DNA from: the human T2T-CHM13v2.0 reference genome, Homo sapiens | NCBI RefSeq assembly: GCF_009914755.1 | Contig: NC_060933.1 | Length of the DNA: 64,000 nucleotides | Reading direction: 5' to 3' (one strand) | In this document: piece by piece, positions 11,680 to 24,345 of the stretch | How positions within the stretch are numbered: position 1 is the first letter of the stretch | Layout of the letters: every line of letters starts with the position of its first letter | Translations under genes and position numbers: made by a program | Notes under the pieces: model-generated | The model's input: the letters and a program-made list of their open reading frames with translations, nothing else | Told to the model about the DNA's origin: nothing | Database searches by the model: none

Positions 11680-12800
11680 CTTTTTTCAATTTAATCAGAG
11701 GCTGTTTTTTCTTCCCCCCTTGGTGGGGGGAGCTGGGGGAAAAGAGACAGATGGTATCGTTTGCAAAAGGAAAGCTGAGAAGTTACTCATATATCTTTCA
11801 GCTTTGTGGCAAATGTGATGCCAAGATTCCTGCTTGGAGTGTATACTGCAATACAGGCACAGAGGCGTACCAGAAAGGGTGAGGCCAGCGCATGGAGGGC
11901 AGTGCAATAAATTGCTGTGGGCTGATCCAACACCAGAACATGTGAGCTATTAAACTTTGGCAGCTATTTTATTTTTCCCTTATGGAGTTTCAGACCTGTC
12001 TTGTACACTGAGATAGGTTTCATCTGGTTAAAACTTGTGTCGTATTTAAACTTCCTTCAGATCCATGGAGTTGGAGGGGAAAAAAAAATAAAAATAAACC
12101 TAGCATATCCCATAACACACTGAAATGATGTTGGGGGTGGGAGAGGGGCAGTAATTGTGCCCAGATAATGTTGTCATACTTTGTAAAGCCTTTAATGCTG
12201 GAATTTATTTATTAATGATGCATGGGTTATTACCCACCATCTGTCTTGTGTTAGCAGTGGGCTGTTTCAGATTATGGTAATGTGTTTCTGATTTGAGTTG
12301 TGTTGAAAGCCAGAACAAGGCATCTCATGTGCAGTCCTCTTTGAGGCCTGCTGTTTTCAATTCCTCTTCACATAAAGGGCTTTTATTTGATTTGTTATGG
12401 GGATTTTTTCTTCTGTTGCCAAAACAGCTGCAAGCCTGGAAGGGAATAAGACACAGAGCCACATCAAACTTGTTAGCTTGTAAAAAAAACAGAATGTTCC
12501 AGGAACCAGAAAAAAATAGAAGGATGTGGGAGAGTGTATGGAAAGGAGAGAAGGAGAGAGAGAGAAAGAAACTTTAGTAGCCTATTTGGCTTTCATATTT
12601 TAAAATGTATACAGATATATTTTGTTACTTAAGTATCATAGGTTAAATTGCATTGTATTTAATTTATTATGCCCATTCACACCAAACAGAATGGCTTTCT
12701 TTTCAATTGTTTTAGTAGTCTGTTTGCTAGCACAAAAGCAATAAATAAAAGTCCCCAATGAGCTAGCTGCCCTTCCTTAGGCATCAAAGCAAACACCCAG
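11680..12800. promoter_or_regulatory. Candidate conserved non-coding element / enhancer
   Basis: No recognisable repeats; ACAGATGG at 11747-11754 and its reverse complement at 12237-12244; many TAAT/TTTAT homeodomain cores. Inference only. Confidence 0.4.
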
Positions 12801-12948
12801 TTGTTTAAGCTTGATTTTTTAAAATGTACCGAACACATTCATATTTGTGCACAAAGAAAAAAAGGAATAAGTAACAGACATCCTGATCCAGAGTTCTTTG
12901 TCTCTGTTTCTCCCTCTCGCATGGCTATGGGTCAGCAAACTTCTAGAT

Positions 12949-13136
12949 CACTGCTACCCAGGAGCAACGTTGATGGAAATGCCCTATGTCTTCTGTCTTC
13001 AATATGATAGCCACGAGCTACTTAAGGCTACTGAGCACTTGACATGTGGCCAGAGTAACTACCTACATTTTTAATTTTATATAATTTTAATTAAATACTT
13101 ACATGTGGCTAATTGTCATTGTCCTAGAGAGTGTAG
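12949..13136. mobile_element. MER3-like hAT-Charlie element with 8-bp TSD
   Basis: caatatgatagccac...gagcacttgacatgtggc; flanked by ttctagat (12941-12948) and ttctagaa (13137-13144), the NTCTAGAN-type hAT target. Confidence 0.8.
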
Positions 13137-13754
13137 TTCTAGAATTAACTAAATAAGAGGCTATTTCTTCCCTCTGATAAAAAGTAAAAGTCATCGCATA
13201 TTAGTTATGGCTACAGCTTACTTTTAACCTAAAGAATTTGTTTGAAAGCTTTTTCCCTGATGTATTATTCAAAGTTGCTAGTGCCAAGGCTGTCTCTCAG
13301 AAGGCCACTGGCAAGTTCTTTCTTGAACCAAGTGCATAAATACTCTATTGAAATATGGATTTAGGCGAAAACTTAATGCTTCTCGTGACAAATAAACAGC
13401 CATAAAGAACTGTAACCAGAGCTTTCAAATAATATCAAATCTTCTAATGCTAAGTATATTCAAGAATTTATTTTAAATTTATTGGCTACAATTCTGTCTA
13501 TTCATATTGAACAATGACTAATTGTTTTTGGAACATATGGTGTGTTCACAGATATGCTCAAAACCATTTGAAGCTGACTTTGTGACCACTGTCCAGATTT
13601 TTGTTCATCAATTTTTTTAGAAATTATATTTATTAAAACATAAGCATAATTTGGAGTATCTTTTGTTGTAGATCTTCTTTTTTACAACTTTCCTACTGGT
13701 GGAGAAGAGGCTGTAGAGAGATAAGCAGATAAAGAGATATAGCAATCATAAGAT

Positions 13755-14160
13755 ATGTGTTTACCATTATCTGGTGCCTTTGCCTCCTAGACACACTAGA
13801 CTGCATTTCCCAACCACCCTTGCAGGGACCATGCAACTGAGTTCTAGCCAATGGAATATGAGTGGAAATAATGTATTCCATGTCAAGACCTGACATTCAT
13901 ATACTTTCTGCATAACCCTCCTCTTCTTTTATCCGATGCAGAAAATCCAGCAAATAACCCAAGTTTCTAGAAGATAGCCATTAGAGGAAGTGAACCTAGA
14001 TCCCTGAGTAACAGAGTGAAGCAGAGTCATCTTTCCCAATGATACAAAATTAGACTGTGATTGAAAGAAAGAAATGCATCTTTGTTTTGCTTAAAGTCAT
14101 TGTGATTTGGAGGATTTTTTTTTTTTTTTTTTTTTTGTAATTTTACCCCTGGCTGATGGA
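13755..14160 (+). mobile_element. MaLR LTR (MLT1J/I-like)
   Basis: ctagactgcatttcccaaccacccttgcag...gagttctagccaatggaatatgagtggaa. Confidence 0.7.
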
Positions 14161-14872
14161 AAATGACATCTTGGAAGAGTAGTCGCAACAGGGAGAACCT
14201 CCTGCAGTGTGATCTCTACTAACACTCTGTCCCTTGGCTTTGTTATTTAAAACCCTACTTCTAAGGGTATACCTAGAATTGTTCGTATTCAGGGAGCTGA
14301 ACTTACATTATCCAAGTAAGAAAGATACTACATGTAAAAAATGCAAGGTCAATTTATTTAATATGTTTATTTAAAATATAGAATTGACACATAGATCAAA
14401 TTTTAACTAAAACATTCTTTTCATGTAGCAAAGTCAAAGTTGCAAGCCAAATATATGGCTAAGTCAGATGGGCCCTCTCATAGCATCTTCTGCATTGCCA
14501 TAAAAATGACCGTGGCTTTGTTCATAAGGCTTTGGAGAATTTTTCCTGGTTCCTGGTACCATCCTTCTTCTGGATACTTTTACTCTTCACAGTTCTGCCC
14601 CTATAACCTCTCTCCTGCCTGGGCTTACTTTCTCAGACCATCCAACTCAGATTGATGACTCAACTGGGTGGCCTGCTTGGCTTGTTATTTTGAATTCTCC
14701 ATAATGTCCTGTCCTACTTCTGTATATTGAGGCTGTGGGCTTTTCCTGCCTTGTCCTCCACTGTTCTGAACTCCTAATACATTACAGTCTCAAATCAAAG
14801 CCTGTATTTGTGATTCCTTCTCATCTGGACAAGGGTTCAACCTAAATAATAATCAGAAGGTGACTGAGCAGG

Positions 14873-15506
14873 TATAATGAACTGGCTATTTGTGTCCTTC
14901 CAAAATGTATATGTTGAGGCAATAATATCCAATGCCATGGGACTTGCAGATGGAGATTTTGAGAGATCATTACAATTACATGAGGTCTGAGCAAGGGGAG
15001 GGAGAACATCAGGGTAAAGAGCTAATGCATGTGGGGCTTAATACCTAGGTGATGGGTTGATAGGTGCAGCAAACCACCATGACATACTTTTACCATGTAA
15101 TAAACCTATAATTCCTGCACACGTATCTCAGAACTTAAATCAAATTAAAAAAAAAAAAAAGCTACATGAGGTCCTAAGGGTGGTGGGGCCCTCATGATGG
15201 GATTAGTGCCCTTATGAGAAGAGTTACCAGAAAGCTTGTTCTCACTCTCCATGCCACACTCCCAAAGAGATTATGTGAGGACACAGTGAGATGGCAGTCA
15301 CCTACAAGCCAAGATAACAGGCCTCAGAATAAAACCTATCTTGCCAGCACCTTGATCTTGGTCTTTCAGCCTCCAGAACTGTGACAAATTTTTATGGTTT
15401 AAGCTACCCAGTCTATGGTATTTTGTTATTGCAAAATGTAAGCTGAGAAATTACATATATATCTTTCATCTTTGTTGCAAATTTGATGCCAAGCAGACTA
15501 ATGCAG
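14873..15506 (+). mobile_element. MLT1A0-like MaLR LTR split by an L1 insertion
   Basis: gggccctcatgatgggattagtgcccttat; gccagcaccttgatcttgg...cagcctccagaactgtga; ends gactaatgca. Confidence 0.85.
14988..15160 (+). mobile_element. Short 5'-truncated L1PA (about PA11-13) 3'UTR with poly(A) and TSD
   Basis: gctaatgcatgtggggcttaatacctaggtgatgggttgataggtgcagcaaaccacc; A-tail; TSD tacatgaggtc at 14977-14987 and 15163-15173. Confidence 0.9.
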
Positions 15507-16819
15507 TAGGTGATTAAAGCAAGGAATGATTGTTGGAACCTGCTGGTGAATATTAATAAATTAAATATGTACCATAAGCCAACCAGGATGGAGAGGATCT
15601 GTTAGTCATCATTGACTTCTCATTTTACAATATTGTGGACACATTAAATTTGGTTTCAGGATGTCCCCTTTTTTCTGGAAATAATATTAACCACTCCTTT
15701 TGTATTAATATTGTTTAAATTTTTACAATCTAAAAATTTAACTTTAAATTTTAGCTTGTAGAATACAGTCTATCCTATCCTGATATCAGTGAAAGAGGAC
15801 CTGGATTAGGGTTAAATATATTTCAGTTGTTTTGTTTCCAAGATATTGTGGGTAGACCTTATCATCATATCCATGTATTGACTAGGAGAGGCTGTAAAAT
15901 ATATCTTAACTTCAAAGATTCATTGTAAGTCATAAAATAGACCCCAAGGTTATTTGAGTTCTCAAAGCCAACTGTTACAGTCAAAATATAAGGTGATATA
16001 TCTGTTTATACTGAATCAGTAAGTCACGGATACCCAAGGATAATTCTCCAGATACAGTATAAGAAATATTACATTATATTAACCAATGAAATGATTGGGA
16101 AAAATTTAGAGGGGAGCAATATGTTATACTAATATGCAATGGTACCAAAATATGTTATGATCACGAAAGAGCAGTTTGTTGGAATAAAAGCTAAATTTAA
16201 AGATCAAACATTTAAAGTCTAGAAAGACCCACTAGTTAAAATTTTTAAACCTTATTTCTGTGTATCAAATGATAATACTCACTGAACAGATGGAGGCAGG
16301 AAACTTTAGATCTGTGCTCACATCTATGGAAAACCAATATAAAGCAGGAGACTCGAGTCAAGTGATCGCTTAAAGGATATTGGCATATAAGTAGCACAAA
16401 AACATACATTATGCTTCCAATTTAGTGACATTTTTACATTTACAGAATAAATTACTGAAAAGCACCTTATATTACTTTGATAATCAAATTATTATAGAAT
16501 ACATATTTAGACAACGTTTTTTATCATTTTAAAACTCCCTTTTTTAATATTATCAAAATGCTAAAAAGCTTGCAAAATCCCACAATTAACTAAATATAGA
16601 AAGGAGACAGAAATACACTTCATGAATTTTAAGTTAAAAAATGTCAAAATATAAACTCCAAAGTAAATGTTCCCATAAAGACAGTTTTATCTGCATCAGA
16701 ATCATTTGTTTCACTTATTTAAATGATGAATATAGAGTTGAAGAAAAGAACTCAGGCCAATTAATGTTGCACAACCTCAATATGTACAGAAATTGGGTAA
16801 AATCTGTGGCGTTTTCAGG

Positions 16820-17310
16820 TTGTGGTTAGCCATGCTGAACTCTGGACTGTATGCCCTTTCTTTACCCTTGCCTCTCTGTTTCATAGGCATGTTAGTTACT
16901 GCAGGCTGCGTATCCTGGGCCCTACTAATCCTGGATTCCACCTGAGTTCAACCAATGGGTGACCCCCAGGGAAGGCTGGAGAACGTATGCGGGAAATGAG
17001 ACATTCTATCTCTCCCTCAAGGCTGCCTCTAGCAGCCTTTGAATGCAGCTGTGTGTTCTCCATATTTCATCACCCACATGGCAAAACCTGCCACAATTCC
17101 GTATTATTCCTGGAATCCTTGGACCCAAGGCAGCCCCTATTTAGCTTATCTCTTCTCTTTGCCCTTCCAATGAGGAGTGGTATCAGCTTCCTATTTGTTT
17201 AATCTCTGGGTTTTCTTGCCATCTCCTATATAACTCCAAGTTCTGTCACCATTTACCTGAATTAAATTCCTCTTGCTTTAAATTATTACAAGGTGTGATT
17301 AGACTATGAT
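16820..17310 (+). mobile_element. ERVL LTR (LTR33-like)
   Basis: ctgcaggctgcgtatcctgggcc...tgagttcaaccaatggg...gaaggctggaga; attaaattcctct near the 3' end. Confidence 0.5.
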
Positions 17311-18284
17311 TGATGGGTTAACTATGTTTTCTCTAAGATGTAGAAGCTTTCTACTGCTTGTTGGCTACTCTACAGAGACAGGTAGAATCAGGTCCATACA
17401 GTGGATGTGAAAGGAGCACAGTAAAACAAAAACTATTTCTTCAGGATTAAAGAGCTCAAACAGTCAATTCAATAAGTTAAATATCTACATTATATGTAGA
17501 TGATATATAATATTCCTTAATATAATATAATTCACTGGAAAATGGATAGAGCCATTCTTAATTTGGTCCAAGGGCACTAAAAATTCCAAAAACTTAAAAG
17601 GATTGTTATAATATTCTATACCCCTAAAGCTACCCGGTGTTGACAAGACAGTTGAGGCCATTGCTTGGCACAAATTTTGAAGGTTAGACATCTCTATAAA
17701 ATAGCCTTTCCTTTCTAACCACCAGAGAATAAAAGTGAAGATAAGTGAGTCACTTTATTCCTAAATATATTGCTACCAAAACAAGCTAAGTCATAGAAAA
17801 TAAAATACAATTAAATAACAGGCTGATATATTGTCTTGGATGTGATGTAGTGGATGAGAGCTTTTTTAAAATACCATAACAACTTTATTCTTATGTAAAA
17901 TCCCACGGAATGATATTGTGGCATCATCAGAAGAAAAGCTGGCCAAACATGAATGAGCTTCTATCTATAATCCTCTACTATGAAGGCTTTGATAAAGCCC
18001 AAGTATATATGTTTCATATAATAACCTCTAATATTGTTAGCAACAGCATCTTCTTTGATAATTATGTCAAACCTCCAACATGCCACCTGTTTGCTTATTA
18101 CCTCCAATACTATTAATATAAATATATGTATACAAATATATAATTATTATTTACATATATTTCTAAGTAATATAAATTATTTTGCCAAACAAATAGCCTA
18201 ATCATTCCCATGATTAATACCATTACCTGTCTTAAAGTCTGCAATAACTGTTGCTAATAAAATGAAACATAAAACATCATCAAT

Positions 18285-18970
18285 GAAGAAGCACCAGAAA
18301 CTCTCATTCACTGCTGGTGGTAATGTAAAATGGTATAGCCACTTAGGAAGACGATTTGACAACTGTTTAAAAACCTAAAACATATTCTTAACTATATGAT
18401 CCGGAAATCGGGCTCCTTTCCATTTGCCAAAATGAGTTCAAAACTATGTCTGCACAAAAAACTGCACATGGATGTTCATAGCAGCTTTATTCATAATTGC
18501 TAAAACTTGAAAGCCACCAAGTGGCCCATCAGTAGATGGATAGACAAGTAAACTGTGGTACATCCCGACAACAGGATATTATTCGACACTAAAAAGAAAT
18601 GAGCTACCAAGCTACAAAAAGACATGGAGGAAGCTTAAATGCATACTACCAAATGAAAAAAAAAAAGTCACTCTGAAAAGGCTACATACTGTATGATTTC
18701 AATTACATAACTTTCTGGAAAAGGCAAAACTATGGAAATAGTCAATCAGAGATTGCCAAGGGCTTGGGGGCAGGGTGGAATGAATAAGTGGAGCACAGGA
18801 GATTTTAGGGCAGCAAAACTGTTCTATATAATACTATGTGGGTACATGTCATTATACATTTGCCAAAAACTTCAGAATATACAACACCAACAGTGAATGC
18901 TAATGTAACCTATGGGCTGGGAGTGATAATGATGTGTCAGCATCCATTCAACAATTATAATAAATGTACC
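18285..18970 (+). mobile_element. L1MC1-like 3' region
   Basis: ctctcattcactgctggtggtaatgtaaaatgg...aaaggctacatactgtatgatt...acaacaccaacagtgaatgctaatgtaacctatgg. Confidence 0.85.
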
Positions 18971-19456
18971 AGTCAGGCCAGATCTGAGTTGACTACCTTA
19001 TTTAGTTACCTAAAGCCTACCAGTCTCTCTCACACTACATTCCCTGTTATCAACACTGGGCCATGCAGGCAGGAATAAAAAAATTCTTACTACTGATTTG
19101 CCCAATTTATAAAGTAAGCCCTTAGAACTACCTAGTTAATATTCATGGGTTTGATAACTTGCAAGCAGTCCAACCCAGAACGCCTATACCTGTAGTGATT
19201 TAGAATGACTGAAGTCAAGATTTGCATTAGACAGCAGAGCTGCTGGGCTGCGGTAAAACAGAACTCCCCTAATAATCAAGCACAGCCTACAGTCCCAAAC
19301 CTCCAGCTCCAAGCAGTTTTTACTTTCTGTTCTTTATCACCTAAGCTCTCTACTGCTATTCACAGATTTGGTTATTTGAAATTGAACACAGCCTTGGCTA
19401 AAATCAAAATGGTGTCTGCCACACAGTAGATGCTGAATAAATCTTTTTTGGATTGA

Positions 19457-19884
<428 letters not shown>

Positions 19885-21544
19885 TAATTATTTATGTTAG
19901 TATATCCTAACAAATCAATACCCTCTTTCAATAAATACATAGACCAAGTGGTCTTCTTAAATTTTCTTTGAAATTTCACAATAAATTAAATATACACCAC
20001 AAAGTAATAAAATCAATGGGATTTTAAAGAAAAAATTTTAATTTGAAAGACAAAAATTTATTTTTCCGCTTTGTTCACATAGTGTGAGTATCAATTTTAA
20101 TTGTCCAAAGATTTTCTCCTCTAGGTTGTATAAAACATAAAACAAACTGGCACGTAAACCAAATATGCTTTGGTTTTATTTTAGAGTCAGAAATAGAGTA
20201 AAACCAAATACTGCACATATTATGTTATATTATAGATCACAGACTATATTAACATGTTGAATACTTTTTTAATTTTACATGACTCCCTACCCCCTAAATT
20301 CTGCTATGCCCATCAGGGCCATGCCTTCTTTTCAACACATTGAGAAGCAAGGTCTTGTGCTGACTACTTGACAATCTTGTGTCTGTCCAAAGGTGCTGTC
20401 TTAATTCAATTATCAATAGTCTATATACGTCATTTCTGATAACTGTCCAAATTCCTATAACAACATGTAGATAAAGGTTCAGTAATAAGAAACAGAAGAA
20501 ATGTCTTTTCTGGTTTGGTAAAAAAGAAGAATATGCGACCTCTGGCTTGTGTTTGTATTGTTTTGTTTTCCAGAATTTTTTACTTAGTCATTTTTAAAAG
20601 CTGAGGTTTTAAGACACATTTTGGCTTTAATTGTCTTTAAAACTAATACCAAGATTCTGGAAGAAGGCCCTTTCTAAAGTTTTTGCTCAATTGTAAACAG
20701 AGCCTTTAAGTCTGGTACAATCAGAATTGAGTCTATCATGCAGTTTATTTTTTGTGTGTCATGTTAATCAAACATAAATTCTAAGATTATGAATTCTAAA
20801 TGAATGCTTCAGCTTGGAAGAGATTCAAAAAATGATCTAGTATAAACTGACATGGGAAAAGAGGGATATAAAATGCAGATAAACTGGGAACTTTTTTTGT
20901 AAGTTAGCTTCAACATGGAAGAGTTGAGAAAAAATCTGGTTAACACAGTGCTGGCTTGATAGCGGTACTAAGTGAAGAAAAGGATAATGAAGAGAAAGTA
21001 GATGAAGAGAGTTAGCAGAAATGGTGGTTCATCTCATGGACCAAACCCTAATAGGGATACAGAAGCCAGACCCTCTTGAGGAGTGAGTTAAATATCCAGC
21101 AGAAACGTGGTAGGTTATCAGAGAATGCAGAAGCCATTTCCAATCACAAATATGTATGTCAGTATGTCAGGAATCAGTACAAGAAAAGAGGAAACTCATA
21201 ATACAAGAGAAAGAGCTTCTGGGAGCAATGGTGAGCTCTTCACTGCAGCTAAGCATGTGAATAACCTTGTGCATTTTTGCCAACAAGAGAATTTCTATCT
21301 TAGAACCCACCCCCACTCTCTTAATTTTATTTCTTCTTCCGATTTAAAACAATATTCTATTCATAAGTATATTCTAAGAACGTTCTTTTTTAATTCATTT
21401 GTCACATTTTATTGAGCATCTATTATTTGCCCAGCACCGTTCTAGGAGTCAGGGTTATATCAGTGAACCACTCAGAAAAAAATCTTGCTAACATAGCATA
21501 CTTCATTTTGAGAGACAGTGAATAAACATATATTTCTTTATAAA

Positions 21545-21652
21545 TGTATATAATATATATTTGTGTGTATGTAGGTATATGTGCGTATATATGTAAATGT
21601 ATGTGTGTGTGCAAATGTATATATGGGTGTGTGTGTGTGTGTGTGTGTGTAT
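21545..21652. repeat. (TA/TG)n microsatellite
   Basis: Mixed TA/TG run ending in a pure (gt)n tract. Confidence 0.95.
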
Positions 21653-22271
21653 CAGATTCAAATAAAGGCCAAGGTGGATAATACAGCATGGTAAAGTGGG
21701 TCAAAAGTGTTGGAGTGGGAGAACTGCTATTTAAAGAGAGAAATCATGGACGACCTCACTTAAAGTTCTATGTAAGCTGAAACCTAAAGGAAGAGAGGGA
21801 GCAAGTCATGAGCACATTGGAAGAAAAGCATTAGAGCATTCCATGCAGAGTGAACAGAAAAAGCAAAAGTGTCAGGAGCCTTTGTGGAGCCTCAAGGAAG
21901 TAAGGATGACAAGAAAAGGATCCCCGAAGGAGAGAGAAATACAAAATTAGGTCAGAGAGGTAGTACATGTTGTGTCTGTGTGAGGGCTTGGAGGCTTTGT
22001 TTTTTGCTCTGAAGCTACTGGAGAGATTTAGTGAGGAGACATATGCTCAGTGGGAGATTTCTAGGCTATCGCTCTGGCTGCAACATTGAAGATCAACTGA
22101 AAGGCACCAAGGGCAGAAGGAGGCAGAGAATGAGGAGGCTATTGAAATGAACCAAGTAAGAGATGACTGTAGCTTAAACCAAGGTGCTGGAGGGAGCAAT
22201 GGGGATAAATGGCTGGACACCAGACACATTTAAGGTAAAGTCATCAAAATTTGCTGATGGGTTTGGATATA

Positions 22272-22273
22272 AG

Positions 22274-22309
<36 letters not shown>

Positions 22310-22321
22310 AAGAAGAGAGGA
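22272..22321. repeat. (GA)n microsatellite
   Basis: Interrupted gagaga run. Confidence 0.95.
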
Positions 22322-22368
22322 GTAAGAACGATGCCAATGTTTCTGGCCTAAGGATATAGAACAGGGCC

Positions 22369-22919
22369 TGTGATGGTTATTACTAAGTGTCAACTTGATT
22401 GGATTGAAGGATGCAAAGTATTGTTCCTGGGTGTGTCTGTGAGGGTGTTGCCAAAGGAGATTAACATTTGAGTCAGTGGACTTGGGAGAGGCAGACCCAC
22501 CCGCAATCTGAGTGGGCACCATCTAATCAGCTGCCAGCATGGCTAGGATAAAAGCAGGCAGAGGAACATGGAAGGACTGGACTGGCTGAGTCTTCTGGCC
22601 TCCATCTTTCTCCTGTGCTGGATGCTTCCTAACCTCAAACATCAGACTCCAAGTTCTTCAGCTTTTGGACTCTTGCACCTACACCAGTGGTTTGCCATGG
22701 GCTCTTGGGCCTTCAGCCACAGACTGAAGGCTGCACCGTCGGCTTCTCTGCTTTTGAGGTTTTGGGACTCAGGCTGGCTTCCCTGCTCATCAGCTTGCAG
22801 ACGACCTATTGTGGGACTTCACCTTGTAATTGTGTGAGTCGATACTCCTTAATAAACTCCTTTTCACATATATATCTATCCTATTAGTCCTGTCCCTTTA
22901 GATAACCCTGACTAATACA
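22369..22919 (+). mobile_element. Solo MLT2A1 (HERV-L) LTR
   Basis: TG...CA ends (tgtgatggtta...ctgactaataca); gtgtcaacttgattggattgaaggatgc; AATAAA at 22851; degenerate 5-bp TSD gggcc/gagtc. Confidence 0.92.
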
Positions 22920-23041
22920 GAGTCCACGTACTAACATTGGGAGTTCTAGAGGAGAAGCAGGTTTGAGGGTGGAAATGGTCTCTGATTCAAAAATGTTAAC
23001 TTTGAAATGTCTATTTTAACTCCAAAAGAAAATCTAGGGTA

Positions 23042-23294
<253 letters not shown>

Positions 23295-23303
23295 CTAAAA
23301 TAA

Positions 23304-23694
<391 letters not shown>

Positions 23695-23864
23695 TTAAAA
23701 TGAGGTTGGATAACATTTCCAAGGAAAATTGTAAACATAAAGGAAAAAAGAAGTCTAAGGACTGCCTTTAGTTTTATCTAAATTCATTGGTCAGAGAGAT
23801 GAAAGAAGAGCAAAAAGGCTTAAGAAGGACTGGGTTGGGACATATAGTATGTGTCCTTCCTATT

Positions 23865-23919
23865 GTGAAGTCCCACAATAGGTCATCTGCAAGCTGATGA
23901 GCAGGGAAGCCAGCCTGAG
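23865..23919 (-). repeat. 55-bp inverted copy of 22768-22822 (MLT2A1)
   Basis: 54/55 identical as reverse complement; the single difference is a CpG transition. Confidence 0.96.
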
Positions 23920-24024
23920 GAGGCAGAAGAAGCCAACAAGAAGGTTGGTGTCCCAGAAACCAAGTGAAACAAGTGTGTAAGAAAGAGAGCGATCACCTAT
24001 GTCAGTTGCTGTTGATTGGTCTAG

Positions 24025-24345
<321 letters not shown>

